The translations under genes were made by a program, and so were the position numbers. From Orbicella franksi (Eukaryota), in the NCBI GenBank assembly GCA_964199315.1, contig OZ116712.1:20646001-20710000 (forward strand): a stretch of 64,000 bases of DNA, given 5' to 3'. Below the pieces are notes generated by a model, which was not told the origin of the DNA, ran no database searches, and saw only the letters and a program-made list of their open reading frames with translations. Shown piece by piece: positions 32,739 through 44,500 of this stretch. How positions within the stretch are numbered: position 1 is the stretch's first letter; each line of letters starts with the position of its first letter.

Positions 32739-35459
32739 GAAAAAAAAAAAAAAAACAAAGTTTTAAAGAAAAAAATCCCCCAAAAAATCAAATCGTTTAT
32801 AAGATAATAATAAATAAAAGATAAAAGTGGAAGACTAAAATATGTTAAATAAAAATAAGAATCCTGAATTTGACGCAATGACATGTTAATTACAGAGAAT
32901 GACAAGAGGTCTTTTAAAAAGCCACATAACCGCTTAATTTACGACGAAATTAAATTGTAATGAATAGGCATATGTAGTTATATTTGAACGTTAGTTGGCT
33001 CGAAGCTTGCGTGAACCTCCCATTCTCGTTTTTAAAATTGTTGTTCGTATCAGTAGCTAATTCTCGGCTACATTTTCGTGTCAGATGTGAGCGTTACAGT
33101 TAGCGTTACAGTTAATGAGAAAGCTTATGTACGAAAACTTACGGACATGGCTTGCTTTAAAGGAGCTACGTCACGATTTGCGCGCCTTGAAAAAACTAGC
33201 CTAGTTTTTCAAGTTCGTCATTTGCAGTCCTCGTTAATCTTTGCCATCCTTAACGATCCTCATTTCGTTTTGATTTGTTCTTGCCTCTTAAGTGTTTTTT
33301 ATCCTAGAACACGATCATTTTAAGGTTTTATTCGATTTAAAGGCAACTCTTTACGACCCTAAAAATGACTCTAAAAATCTTGACGTAACTCCTAAAATGT
33401 TGTTTTTTCTCGGGTTGCGTTATCGTTCACACTATCGATGTTGTTCCTATAAACAGCTATATTTCCTTGAAATACAAATGGTTTGTTTCGTTTTATTCCA
33501 GTGCGAGATATCGTATTCCAAACTCTCATCTTGCAAAAGTATAGACTTGTCTCAAAAACGGAAATAGTTTGAAATCATCAGGTGTTTAATTTTTTTAGTG
33601 TTTTTAGTTTTTGTTTCGATTCATACGTTCGTCCTATTATCACCATGCTGATTCGTTTTATGACAGTTTACCATTGATGCAAGTGAATATATGAAATATC
33701 AACAGTAGTGTATCTTTGTTTCATGTAGCTCCTTCAGCAGTGCAGACCAGGTGATGACACAAAACATGATGCTTCAGAAGTCAGTGAGGAGGTTTTCACT
33801 CAGTCAATTAGTATCATGGGTGAGAAAGTGAGGCAGAGAGCTGAAGCCAGTAAACACCCATTTGCGATTACTCAACCTGTGACTTTTTCAGAAGAAATGT
33901 TAAGACAGTTTGATTCCTTTCCAATGCCAGAGGAATTTCTCTCATAGCTCATGGATACTTACCTGAGAATTCTATACTACAAGCATTTCCTGAAATACAA
34001 AATTTATTGTTATCTGACATTCTTTGGCTTTGTGAGGAAAATTTACTCAAAAATCCTTGTTTTTTGAAGGAGTACTTCTCCTGTCTGTGGCTTTGTGTGG
34101 TTATGAATCAGGGGGAAAAGTTTCTGAGGAAAGTTTCAAAGTTCAAAAGACTCATGGGCATCACAAACTTAATTCACTATATTGGAAAGGCTGAACCTCA
34201 TAGCCTTCCGTCTGAAACACCCATTGAGTTTGATAAGAATTACAGCAGCTGGCTTCATCTTTTGTATTACTACAAGGCGGCAATTTACACTATTGCTGAA
34301 GCTGCTGGAAAAGTGGCTGAAGCTTTTGAGAATTCCCTTAAATGCTGCCCATCTTATTGTGACTCCAAAAGGGGACTTGGGTATAACTTAATGAGGCTTT
34401 GCACTACAACTTTGAAATGCGATCAAGATGAACCTGTACAGTTGCCACCTAAATTTTATGAACAAAAAAACTTTTGACAGAAAAATGTCAAAATATGATT
34501 CTTGGACTACAAAAAAATTGAGAGACACTACAGTAAAAGTGTTGCAAGAGTACCTGGTGGAGGCACCACAGTGTGTTAAAAACTACCCAAATGCTTGTTA
34601 TAATCTTGCATACTGTGCTGTAGTAGACAAAAACATGAGTGAATTAAGTATTATGAACTTGGCCAAGATGCAGAAGAACAGAGACTTTCTTTCTTTGGTC
34701 CTGTTGATCTGCCTATGAAAGTTATGTTGTCTCCATTCTACCAACTTTTTGCTAATGTAAAGCAACGTGTTAGTTGTGGCAACAAGGCTTGCACCAAGAA
34801 AGTTAAGGAGAGTGACTTAAAATCCTGCTCCCACTGTGGGAAACAAAAATAATGCAGCAAGTGAGTAGAGAGCTTGAAATTAAGAGCAGAAAATATCCAT
34901 GGCTGCTTTAATTTATTATATTTCATTTTCTACTGTATTCCTAACAATTTCCATGATATGATACCAGAATTTCATTCAGTATAGAACATACCCTCTGTGA
35001 TTAGATTAAGAGCTAGTTAGCTGTGTTAGTTTCTGACAAATCAACTGCCTGGTCAGTTTCTAATTTCCCCTTGGTGACTGAGGTGTGCCACTCAGAAGCC
35101 CCTCAACAAATATGTTACCTCCTGGCTGTGACATAGAAATGTTACTTATTAACAAGTGTTACTCTGAGTTCTTCCTGGTCCACTTTTTTTTGTTTTGTGG
35201 GTGGGAAGGGGCGAGGTGGACGTTTTTTGTTGGTTTAAGTTAATCAATGTTGCTTTCTTTGGCCTTCAACTTTTCATGTTGCAGAGACACTCCACTGACT
35301 TTCTGCCTCCTCTGGTGGGGTTTGTCGAACTCTTGGGGAACATTTTAAAGGTTTCACCAGATCTGTTACAAGGATGTATCATAAACTAAAGAAAGGAGAA
35401 CTTATTTAATAATAAAGTGTATTATCGTTTGTCTCACGATGTAGTCACTTGAGATGTAG

Positions 35460-35503
35460 ATCGCGACGTTTCGACTGCTTACTGCTAGTCTTCTTCAGGC
35501 GAT
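35460..35503 (-). ncRNA. Minimal type I hammerhead ribozyme (PLE-associated)
   Basis: Reverse complement of the motif at 36615-36658. Confidence 0.8.
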
Positions 35504-36614
35504 AAGGTCGACTGATTGCACGGTATCATTTATATCACAAAGGTCGGCTGTGATTGGTGCATTTCGATCCTCCTATTGTTCCATTGTTCCGGCGAGTAGC
35601 TGTTCCGTCAGTGGTCCGCTGTTGTACCGTTCTCCTGCTGTTGTGTTTCTTGATCGTGGGTATCCATGCTTCAGGAATTTCAATTCCACTGTCCCTGTTG
35701 ATGTTGTTAGGGTGAAGTCTTATGTGAATAGCTTCCTTGACCCTACGTGTGTACCAGTGAGGATCTCGATCAATAAACTTGACCTCATTCCAGATAGGAT
35801 AGTGGCCGGTCTCGTGGGTATGTTCAGAAACGGCGGAGGTCTGGGTACGGGCGAGTCGTATATCCCTGTCGTGTTCTTTGATCCTCTCCTGCATAGATCT
35901 CCCTGTTTCCCCGATGTAGACTTTGCCGCACTCACAGGGAATCCTGTAGACAACACCATCTTGTTTAGCCGGGTTGACGGGTGTCCTTTGGTCGCACTAA
36001 GTGTGACCGAAGTGTCGTGTCGGACTTAAAGACGGTGCGAATGCCTTGTTGTTCTAGGCAGCGGCGGAGAGACTCCGAAGCTCCTTGGACATAAGGTAAA
36101 ACGACGGTGGATTTAAATTCCGCGACAGGCTCTCTTCTTGGGGTTGTTCGTGCCTTTGTGATCTTCTGTACAAAAGAGGAGGGATATCCGTTAGAAACAA
36201 GTACAAATGACAGATGTTTTTTCTCTCCAGCGATTACTGATGGTTTGGTGACGAGACGTTTAGCCCGGTCGTACAGAGAGAAGAAACATCTGTCATTTGT
36301 ATTTGTACTTGTCCACTATCCTATCTGGAATGAGGTCAAGTTTATTGATCGAGATCCTCACTGGTACACACGTAGGGTCAAGGAAGCTATTCACATAAGA
36401 CTTCACCCTAACAACATCAACAGGGACAGTGGAATTGAAATTCCTGAAGCATGGATACCCACGATCAAGAAACACAACAACAGGAGAACGGTACAACAGC
36501 GGACCACTGACGGAACAGCTACTCGCCGGAACAATGGAACAATAGGAGGATCGAAATGCACCAATCACAGCCGACCTTTGTGATATAAATGATACCGTGC
36601 AATCAGTCGACCTT

Positions 36615-36658
36615 ATCGCCTGAAGAAGACTAGCAGTAAGCAGTCGAAACGTCGCGAT
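36615..36658 (+). ncRNA. Minimal type I hammerhead ribozyme (PLE-associated)
   Basis: ATCGC (stem I), CTGAAGA core, A, GACT..AGTC (stem II), GAA, palindromic ACGT (stem III), C17 (GTC cleavage triplet), GCGAT (stem I'). Confidence 0.8.
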
Positions 36659-39600
36659 CTACATCTCAAGTGACTACATCGTGAGACAAATGATAATACA
36701 CTTTATTATTGCATCTACCACGATGAATAACAACAACCTTTTCCTCGAGAACTTTTTTATACACAATAACAAAAGAAGCCATCCATAAAAAGGAACATTA
36801 CTGACTCAAACATACAAATCAAATTATGTAACCCAGAGGTTTTCACAGGCGGGGAAAACTATTTGAATTGAACTTGTTTTGTGAGAGAAACTTTCCACTA
36901 GATGGTCAAACCAGACGGGCAAAATCATCCTCACAGCTGGCCAATTTACACAGTGCCTGCCTGATGTAACCATATTTGTATCAGTGAGAGATCTTTTTGT
37001 GACACAATTTTTTTGCTTTTGTCTTGTATTGTGACAAGAATTACATAAATGAACATGTTTTTGGGTTAGAAGGGGAAGGAACCCAGAAGTGAATGGGGAA
37101 GGAACTCTATACTATGGAAGTTAGGAGAGAGGGTAGGAAGTGAGATTCCCAAGGTGACAGGAACCATAATAGAAAAGGAAAGCTTTTGCAATAATGTTAT
37201 GCAACTATGAAGAAACCACAAAGAAATTCGAACCATAAAAAAGTGGCCTGTGTGCAGGCTCTTATGTGCTGCAGCGCAACCAAAGGCGAAGTCACAACAG
37301 ACGAGCATGCACGCTAAGAGTGCCAGTGAGAGGCCTGACTTGTTCTGCAGCGCATGAGAGCTTGCTTGCAGGTACGTAGGAAGGGGTGCGATCTGGGAGT
37401 AAAAGCCATATGGGATGTGGAAGTTCAGCACCTTCTGTCCCTTTCCTCCTTTGTGGGTGAAACGTGTTCCTTAAGGGGGAATTGTGCCACCTATTTATGT
37501 GACGTCTTGAGATGTAGAAGGCTTGTTGATTCATTAAAATCCCATATTGTTATTTGGAGTGATTTTCCCATTTTAGCTGATACGAAAATACTCTATGATG
37601 GTTAAAGAAAGCTTGAACTCTGTACATTATACTGCCATGAAACACTCCGAGCATTTGAGAACACTCGAGAAGTGCAGAAAGATTCGCCTGCCATATGTTT
37701 TTTTCTAATTTTTTTGTGTTTTAATTTCAAATCCCTGCCGTGTTTTATGGCCATATAATACATGATTTAGATTTCTTCCTCTTCACGGGGGAGGGAGGAA
37801 GGCTTTTTGTATCTCAGATATGGGGGGCTTATTTTCGGGGGGGGGGGGTTATTGAATTTTACAGGAGATGAAGGCACACTTACAAATTTTCTTTTTCTAC
37901 AGAGACTGTCAAGTGGCAGACTGGAAAAATCACAAAGTTACTTGCACTACTTCCAAAGAACCCAAGGCAAAGGGCAGACGTGTCTGGAGTTTGTTTGGGT
38001 TCGACGAAATAGGATTGTAAGCAGATTTTTGTCTGTGCAAGAGGGGTGACTTGCCCACTGTGTACATGCTTTTAAAGATGATTTCCAGTCCGTACTGCGC
38101 ACTCTCTCCAATTTTTTTTTTTTTGTTTTTTTTTTGCGTTTTTGTTTTGCGTCATGTAAGACATCACAAAATGTAAACATTTCGCAACCAAAGTAAATTC
38201 AAAGTTTCAAAACAACCGCCATCATGGGTGCAAAGCGCGCGGTTGAAGTTTTATGCCTCGTTCTTTTTCATATCACTTGATGAAACAACTTCGCAGCTGT
38301 AAAAATCAATGAAGCTTTTGGAAAAAGAATTTGAAAGGCCTCAAAGATAAGATATGTGGTTCGTAACGAATAACATCGATTCACATTCCATCGAGCGAGA
38401 TTTACAATGTTTATAAACATTAGGATGCTGAGATTGTGCGGTACGTCAAAGATAACAAAAATGTTTGTTACAGCTGTACAGCTGTTTTCTATCGCGGTCA
38501 AAAATATTTTAACTCTCTTCCCCTTGAGATCACTGGCTCTTCATCTCTTGTATCCTTCAGGAAAAAAACATAAAACATCTATCATAAGCAATTACTAATT
38601 CTTTTAAGCGTACAAATATGGCTTGCCAATACGTCATTCACTATAATGTATAGTTTTAGTCATGTATTTTTAGGGAGGAAACCTAAGTTTACATGCCCTG
38701 TGGTTTTTATTTGGTTCCCTCGCCATTTTTTTTCTGTATTTGTTTTGCATACTTATAATTGTAATATCTTTGTATCTTTTTTTTTGATGCCAGATGAAAT
38801 AAATAAAGTCGAGTTTTTTAGTACTCTGTATCATCCTGAAGACGCGTTTGAATGAAGCTTGGTCGAACGCCTCGCATTTTTTTAGGTGCGATTTCAAAAT
38901 GGCATATTGCGAGTATTCCATGAGTATTTATTCCCTCTTGCTTTCGAAATATTAGTTTTTGGAGTTTGAAATGGAAAGAAAGAATGCCATAGAATACTAA
39001 ACCGGCAAAGAAGTGCACATCAAGGTCTTAAAAGTTATAAAGTGATACTAAATAAAGTTTTGTATGATTGACTGACTAACTGAAATTAAAACACTGTGTC
39101 CAGTTTGAAATGTTACATAGTACAATTGTCCATTGTCGGCTATTACCCAACATTTTCGCCTGATCATCCATTTATTAAGCGATGACGTCATCGTCATCGG
39201 TTCTAGCTGGCGAGCAGCATTTTTTTGGATTAGTGACTTCGCACTTTTTTCGGGCTCCGCTTATGTCACGCATGATTTACCCCCTTGTGGAAGCGAAATG
39301 CACTCTGGGAGCATAATAAACACCAAAAATTCGTCATCTTTGGTTTTTGCGGCCGACCTTTGGAGCTTGTAGGATCCGCGGAGTGCCTTTTTTTTCAGCT
39401 TTTAAACGAGGATTTTGAGTGTGGATCGTGCTTTATCGAGTATCGGATAAATTTGGGCTCACGGACAAACTCATAATAAGAACATATCGTCCATTTATTA
39501 CAACTTTAGATCGACAAGCAAGTCGCACACTTGCTAGGTCAAGGGTCCACATTAAATTTACGTATTGGTGAGCGTTGTTTAGGCCGGATCTTTGCATGTC

Positions 39601-40017
39601 TTGAATTGAATTGAATGAACACCGTCAGAGCACTGTATGAGCATTGTATGAGCACTGAAATATCTGAACTAAACTTATCTGTGGACTGAAATATTGGTGA
39701 AATTGGACTTGAATTGAAGAAGAGCATTGAAACCAGTTGGCTGTGAAACCAGTTGAGATAGCAGAAAGCAACGGAGAACAGTGTAACGAAAAGGTGAGCT
39801 ATCTGCAGGTTTTGTCTTGATCAGAATTGGTTTACGTTGCTTAGATCATGGTTTCTTTAAAGCAATACAGAGCGGCGGTAGGGTTACACAACATTCATTT
39901 GAAAGCCAAAGAATACTTAAGTTGTGTAAGAGGAAAGTTCTCGTCTATGCTATTGTTTAAGTTTTACCTGGAGGCGATATATCTTCCAACTTTGAAAAAG
40001 TAATCCGCTCGTGGCAA

Positions 40018-40227
40018 ATGAGTTACTATGCAAGGTTTTGTTTCACTCAAATGCCTGTGTATCGTTTTTACATTCCTTTGTTGATTCGACTAGCTAATGA
40101 TGTGGAAATGAATCCTGAGCGTTGTTACCGTGTGGATTGTTCTAAAACTGTCACGGCTGACTATCATCAAGGTGACGTTTCACTGTTTGGAATGAGTGCC
40201 AGTCAACAAAGTGTAGCTGGAGACTGA
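40018..40227 (+). pseudogene. Mobile-element ORF N-terminal remnant with a degenerate 2A-like motif and a herpes-tegument-deubiquitinase-like motif
   Basis: LLIRLANDVEMNPER resembles DxExNPGP. TADYHQGDVSLFGMSASQQSVA resembles the HQ..xxFG.xAG.QCV motif of peptidase C76, with the Cys lost. It is truncated by a stop. Confidence 0.45.
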
Positions 40228-41578
40228 CCGGAGTTTTTTTCAATGATTGTTGTATTGCATCTTGGTGTAGAGAAAAGCTAAATGAAATATTGATACAAGG
40301 CAATGTTATGTATTCTCACATTAGTAATTTAGCAGGAGAGGACTTTTTGTTATTTTAAACTGATAAGATGCTCGCGACATGTGCGACCCTGATGTCGCAT
40401 AACTATGTCGGCGACATTTTAAGATCAAAGAACCCTATAATCAAAGCAGGTCAGTATCCTGCCTAATGGCCTTGAAAGAACATTTTTTCTTTTTCTTTTG
40501 TTGCAATGTCAATCCAATTAGATTTCAAAACACAAGCACGCCTTGTGCACAGAACTCTTGCTTCAACATTTTCTCAATTGTCACAAAACGTTAACAGTTG
40601 TAATTCTTCTGTACGGGCGCAGTAAAACGACGAACACTCGCAGAATTCGACATAGCAATTTAATCCGGTAGTATTACATCGAGACTTGTAATCCGACTCT
40701 TCAAGCAACAGAAAAACACACACGCAACAAGCACTCACACCCACACCCACTCGCATATAATTGAAATGTTCTACAGTCCCTTGGGACGTCTGATTGCACG
40801 CCCATAACGTTTCCTGTATTTGACATCTTTGTGGGCTTCTACATTTTCAGTATGGCGAACCACTTTAATCCGCGCGAATTTCAACGCTTTCAGTTTTCAT
40901 AGCACAGTGGAAATGACTCGCAGCCGATTTGCTTTCAACAGCAAAACGCACAGCTACAAGCAGCTTCGTCGTTACCTCCGAGTCCAGAGCAGCCTTCTGT
41001 TTCACAACAGAAACATTCTCGGGAGAGAAAACGTCTAAAAAGAAAAAGTCAAGCCACAGGGAGCAATGATGCTGTAACGATGAGAAAGTGCTTTTCAGCT
41101 TTGGGCCGATGATATAATAGTTATTATCAGAATGGTATCGTATATCTTTTATGTCGCAAACGTGCGTCCCCAGTAACCCTCTGGGGGTAAATGCTCCGAC
41201 AAACTTGTGTAACAAAAACAAAACAAGTCCGCAGCGCGACACATGCCTTACGTTTGAGCATCCGTTTGTTTGTTTCTTTTCCAATTTTCTAGACAGAATT
41301 TTAGAAATGGCAGTTGAATGTCATCGCTTCTGCATGCATTGCGTGCCGTTTATAGTCCTTGTTGGAGACTAAAAAACACAACCCAGTGAGTCTGGCCATG
41401 GATTGAACTGGGCCATTCAGGACGGAAAGGGCACCAACGATTATTCCCTGGCAAACGTCAGTATTCGGAAGTCTTCAGTGATAAATTGGCACACACTCGG
41501 CCAGTCAGCATGCAGACACTTGTTGTGTTGATTACACTTTGAAAGCTGATTACTCTTTGAATTTCCTAAGTAGGGGCT

Positions 41579-44500
41579 CTACCACTCTTGATAAGGAGCT
41601 AAGTGGTCAAGGAAAACTGTCAGCTTCTCTTGCTCAGCAAACATGGCCCAGAAAAAGGCTTTCTTACTTGTGAATTTGTTTAAAGCTCCAAGGACACCAC
41701 ATTCCATTATTACGTTGAAGATTTCTGGACTTTTAATGTCACAATCTATGGTGAGGCTTTTGTCATAAGCAATCATCGACTGCAGTGGATGGCTATTCAG
41801 AGATTGTGTTTGAACCTTTATGATGAATTTCTGACGAGTGTTGCGTTTGAGTTTGGGCCCCTCTCCAATACCTTTTAAATGAGTGCCAAATATTCGCATT
41901 GCGCATTGTTGCCCGTTTGGTTTCAAATGAGGAATAGTGTCGACTGTTACAGAATAGCGACCCTTGAGGGCAAAACATAATGTCTTGTGTGTGGGTCTGT
42001 GTCTACTTCGACATTCCTTGCTGCAGTAAGATGCAATGTGACAATTGGAGCACATCATGAGGGGTTCTACGTCATTTCTTGACCGACGGCAATACGTGCA
42101 GCCGCTGTAAGGTCGTGCACAAACTTCTCTGGGATGATACATGCCTTCGCTGTTATTAAACTCCTTGTTTGCGTGCAGAAAGGGAGGATTTGAATAAAAC
42201 TTCTTTTCTCCAGGTACAAGACGTAGTGCAGCATTGACTTCCTTTATTTTACTGCAATCTATTTCAAGGGAACCATTCTGGTTTTCATACTCGAGCCATG
42301 GGCCACTATGATCTCGAACAATGTTTGATTCCAGATAAACTCGTCCGGAAAAATTGACACCAATGAAAATGCCACCACATTTGTTGCCGGAAAGAACATT
42401 TCTTGCTATGTGAGCTGACGTTCGCGATTTGGCGAGGATCCCCCAGAATCCATTCTCAAATATCTTGTTGTCGCTGATCACGAGTTGAGAATTATTATCT
42501 AGAGAAAGACCAAAGGGTCTGTTGTGATGAATATCATTTTTTCGTATGACAATCTTGGTCTTGTTTTGGAGGGCAAAAATCCCTTCTCCTGCATTTTCGA
42601 AGATCTTATTACCATCGATGTCACATTCGCCTGCATCTGGGCCAATCACGATGCCGTGAAAACCACTGTCAAATAACCTGTTTTCGGACGCTATGAGTTC
42701 CCCACCTTCTCTTGCTTCTAAACCAGCCTGGTGGTTTCGGTACACTTCACATTTTTTGACCAATAATCGAGAACCTTTGCCAACAACTAGCGCGCCTCCA
42801 CCTCCACAGTCACAAATGACGCAGTTTTCTATCAGTGCAGAGCTCCCACATAATACCTGGATTCCAGGAGAACCACCAATGCCAGACTTTGATTTTGCAT
42901 CTCCAAACTTCCCAGTCCGATCACAAACAGGCTTACCTAAAGAGGCTGCTATACATCCTGATCCTCCGTTGCATTCCGGATAGTCGTCACAGCTTGTCTC
43001 TCCTCCTGAAATCCTACAGTGGTTCATGTGAATAGATCCTTTGCCTTGACAGACCAAAGGAACATTCCCTTTGGGAAATGTGATATTCTCAAAATAACAT
43101 CTGGCGTTGGCAACTACGCAGCCTCTTGTGCAATTCAAAACGGTCCTTGGGCCTAGACCTACAATCTGCTGATCTGTGAAAGTAACAAACATAGTAAAGT
43201 TATACGCTCCTTCATGCAGCAGCGTGGTCTCGTTTTCTTGCGTGGTCAAAGGAAATGCCAGTTGTGTTTCATTGCTTATCTCTCTGATGCGTACTTCTGA
43301 AAGCTCTGGAAACTTTTCCCAAAACGTTTTTTCACGACGAAGATTGGAATCGAAATAAACGGCGACTGCTAATGCTGCTCGCGCTTGCCCTTTCAGTTGA
43401 GTAGATCCACTTTTAACTAGTTCTTGAAGAGCCCAAGCCTTTCGCTGCAGCGCCTTGCTGTAGTTGGGCTTCAAAGACAGACACTGTTGACAGTCATCTA
43501 GAGCATTATGTGGCTCGCCAAGCTTCAATTGGCAAAGAGCCCTATTGCTGAATAGTCGATAGTCGCCTGACGACAAAGCAATCGCGCTGGAATAAAGATC
43601 TAATGCCTCTTTAAACCTGTTCCTTTCTACTGCAAGATTTCCTTTTTCTCTGAGCTTGTCGGCTTCCTTTTCCTTGTTATTTCGAGAGGCATCTGCTTCA
43701 GCCATGTCGTCGTGTCTAGGAAGAGGCTGTCTCATACAACAAGATATCAGCTTGTAGTCCCTGTCTTTGAGGGGTACGTCGATGAAATAAGGTGGCAAAT
43801 TAGGATCTTCCCCTGAGGATGACCTCTCGACGTTGACTAGGAACTGCAGTTTCATTTCTTGCATTGCCTGAGCCTTGACTTTCTCTTGAGAGACACTGAA
43901 AAATATCGCTGCCTCATTGAAGATGCGCACGGTTTCTTCTGTGTATAGCAAGGTGGGGACCGATTCTTGATGTTTGGTTGAGAAGGTACGCAAATGCTCC
44001 TGCAAATAAGTGGCATGCGAAGCCAACTTTCCCCACAGCTGTAACGAAGGAGGATTCTCCACACTAAAAACAGCATCTTCAACAAAACTTTCGCACACTT
44101 CTGACGGCGAACGTGTGTTGGACAATGCATGGTGAAGGACACGAACTGCAATAGTTAGAACGCCTAACTCAGTTTGTTCTTTCTTCATGTCACTTCGGAT
44201 TACTTCTTGCACCAGACGATGTACACTAAAGGAATGTGTCCCATATCTTTGGAAAAGGGAGAACTTGGTAAGAAGAGACACTATCTCGGCTTGGTCACGC
44301 ATATCGCTAACGGCTTCAGTATCGTCCACTTTGTTGAGGCCTTTATTGATCACTTCATAAGGAATATCGTCGGGGCCAAGAAAGGCAGACACTTTCATCA
44401 CAAGAGTCGGGATTTCTCCAAGTTCCATCTCCTTTGAGATTTGACTGATGTGGTCAAAATTCAGCAACCATGTAGTGTGGATAGCCAGGCGTTCACGTGA

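Larger units (their letters stand above)
35408..36740. mobile_element. 5'-truncated Penelope-like retroelement with an inverted 3' duplication
   Basis: Minus strand reads EKKHLSFVLVSNGYP...VLPYVQG...DGVVYRIPCECGKVYIGETGRSMQERIKEH...SAVSEH...RRVKEAIHI (RT thumb plus GIY-YIG endonuclease). 35408-35805 and 36313-36710 are near-identical inverted 398-bp arms. Confidence 0.92.
32502..38020 (+). pseudogene. Decayed duplicate of the Sel1/TPR/MYND gene. Remnants at 32502-32615, 33729-34860, 37903-38020.
   Basis: Most of the Sel1 exon is replaced by a repeat element. Exon 2 has a deletion and frameshifts plus an in-frame TAA at 34850-34852 inside the MYND finger (TAC to TAA). A PLE sits in the last intron. 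Confidence 0.9.

Noticed and set aside
32543-32905. ORFs with (VIRS)n, (ITDR)n or (PDHG)n repeats
   Set aside because: They are translations of the 12-bp CGGATCACGGAY tandem repeat, not proteins.
40574-41372. ORFs 40865-41284 (-), 41151-41372 (+) and 40574-40756 (-) downstream of STAND copy 2
   Set aside because: No recognisable motif or consistent splice structure; probably decayed TE or UTR sequence. Left unassigned.
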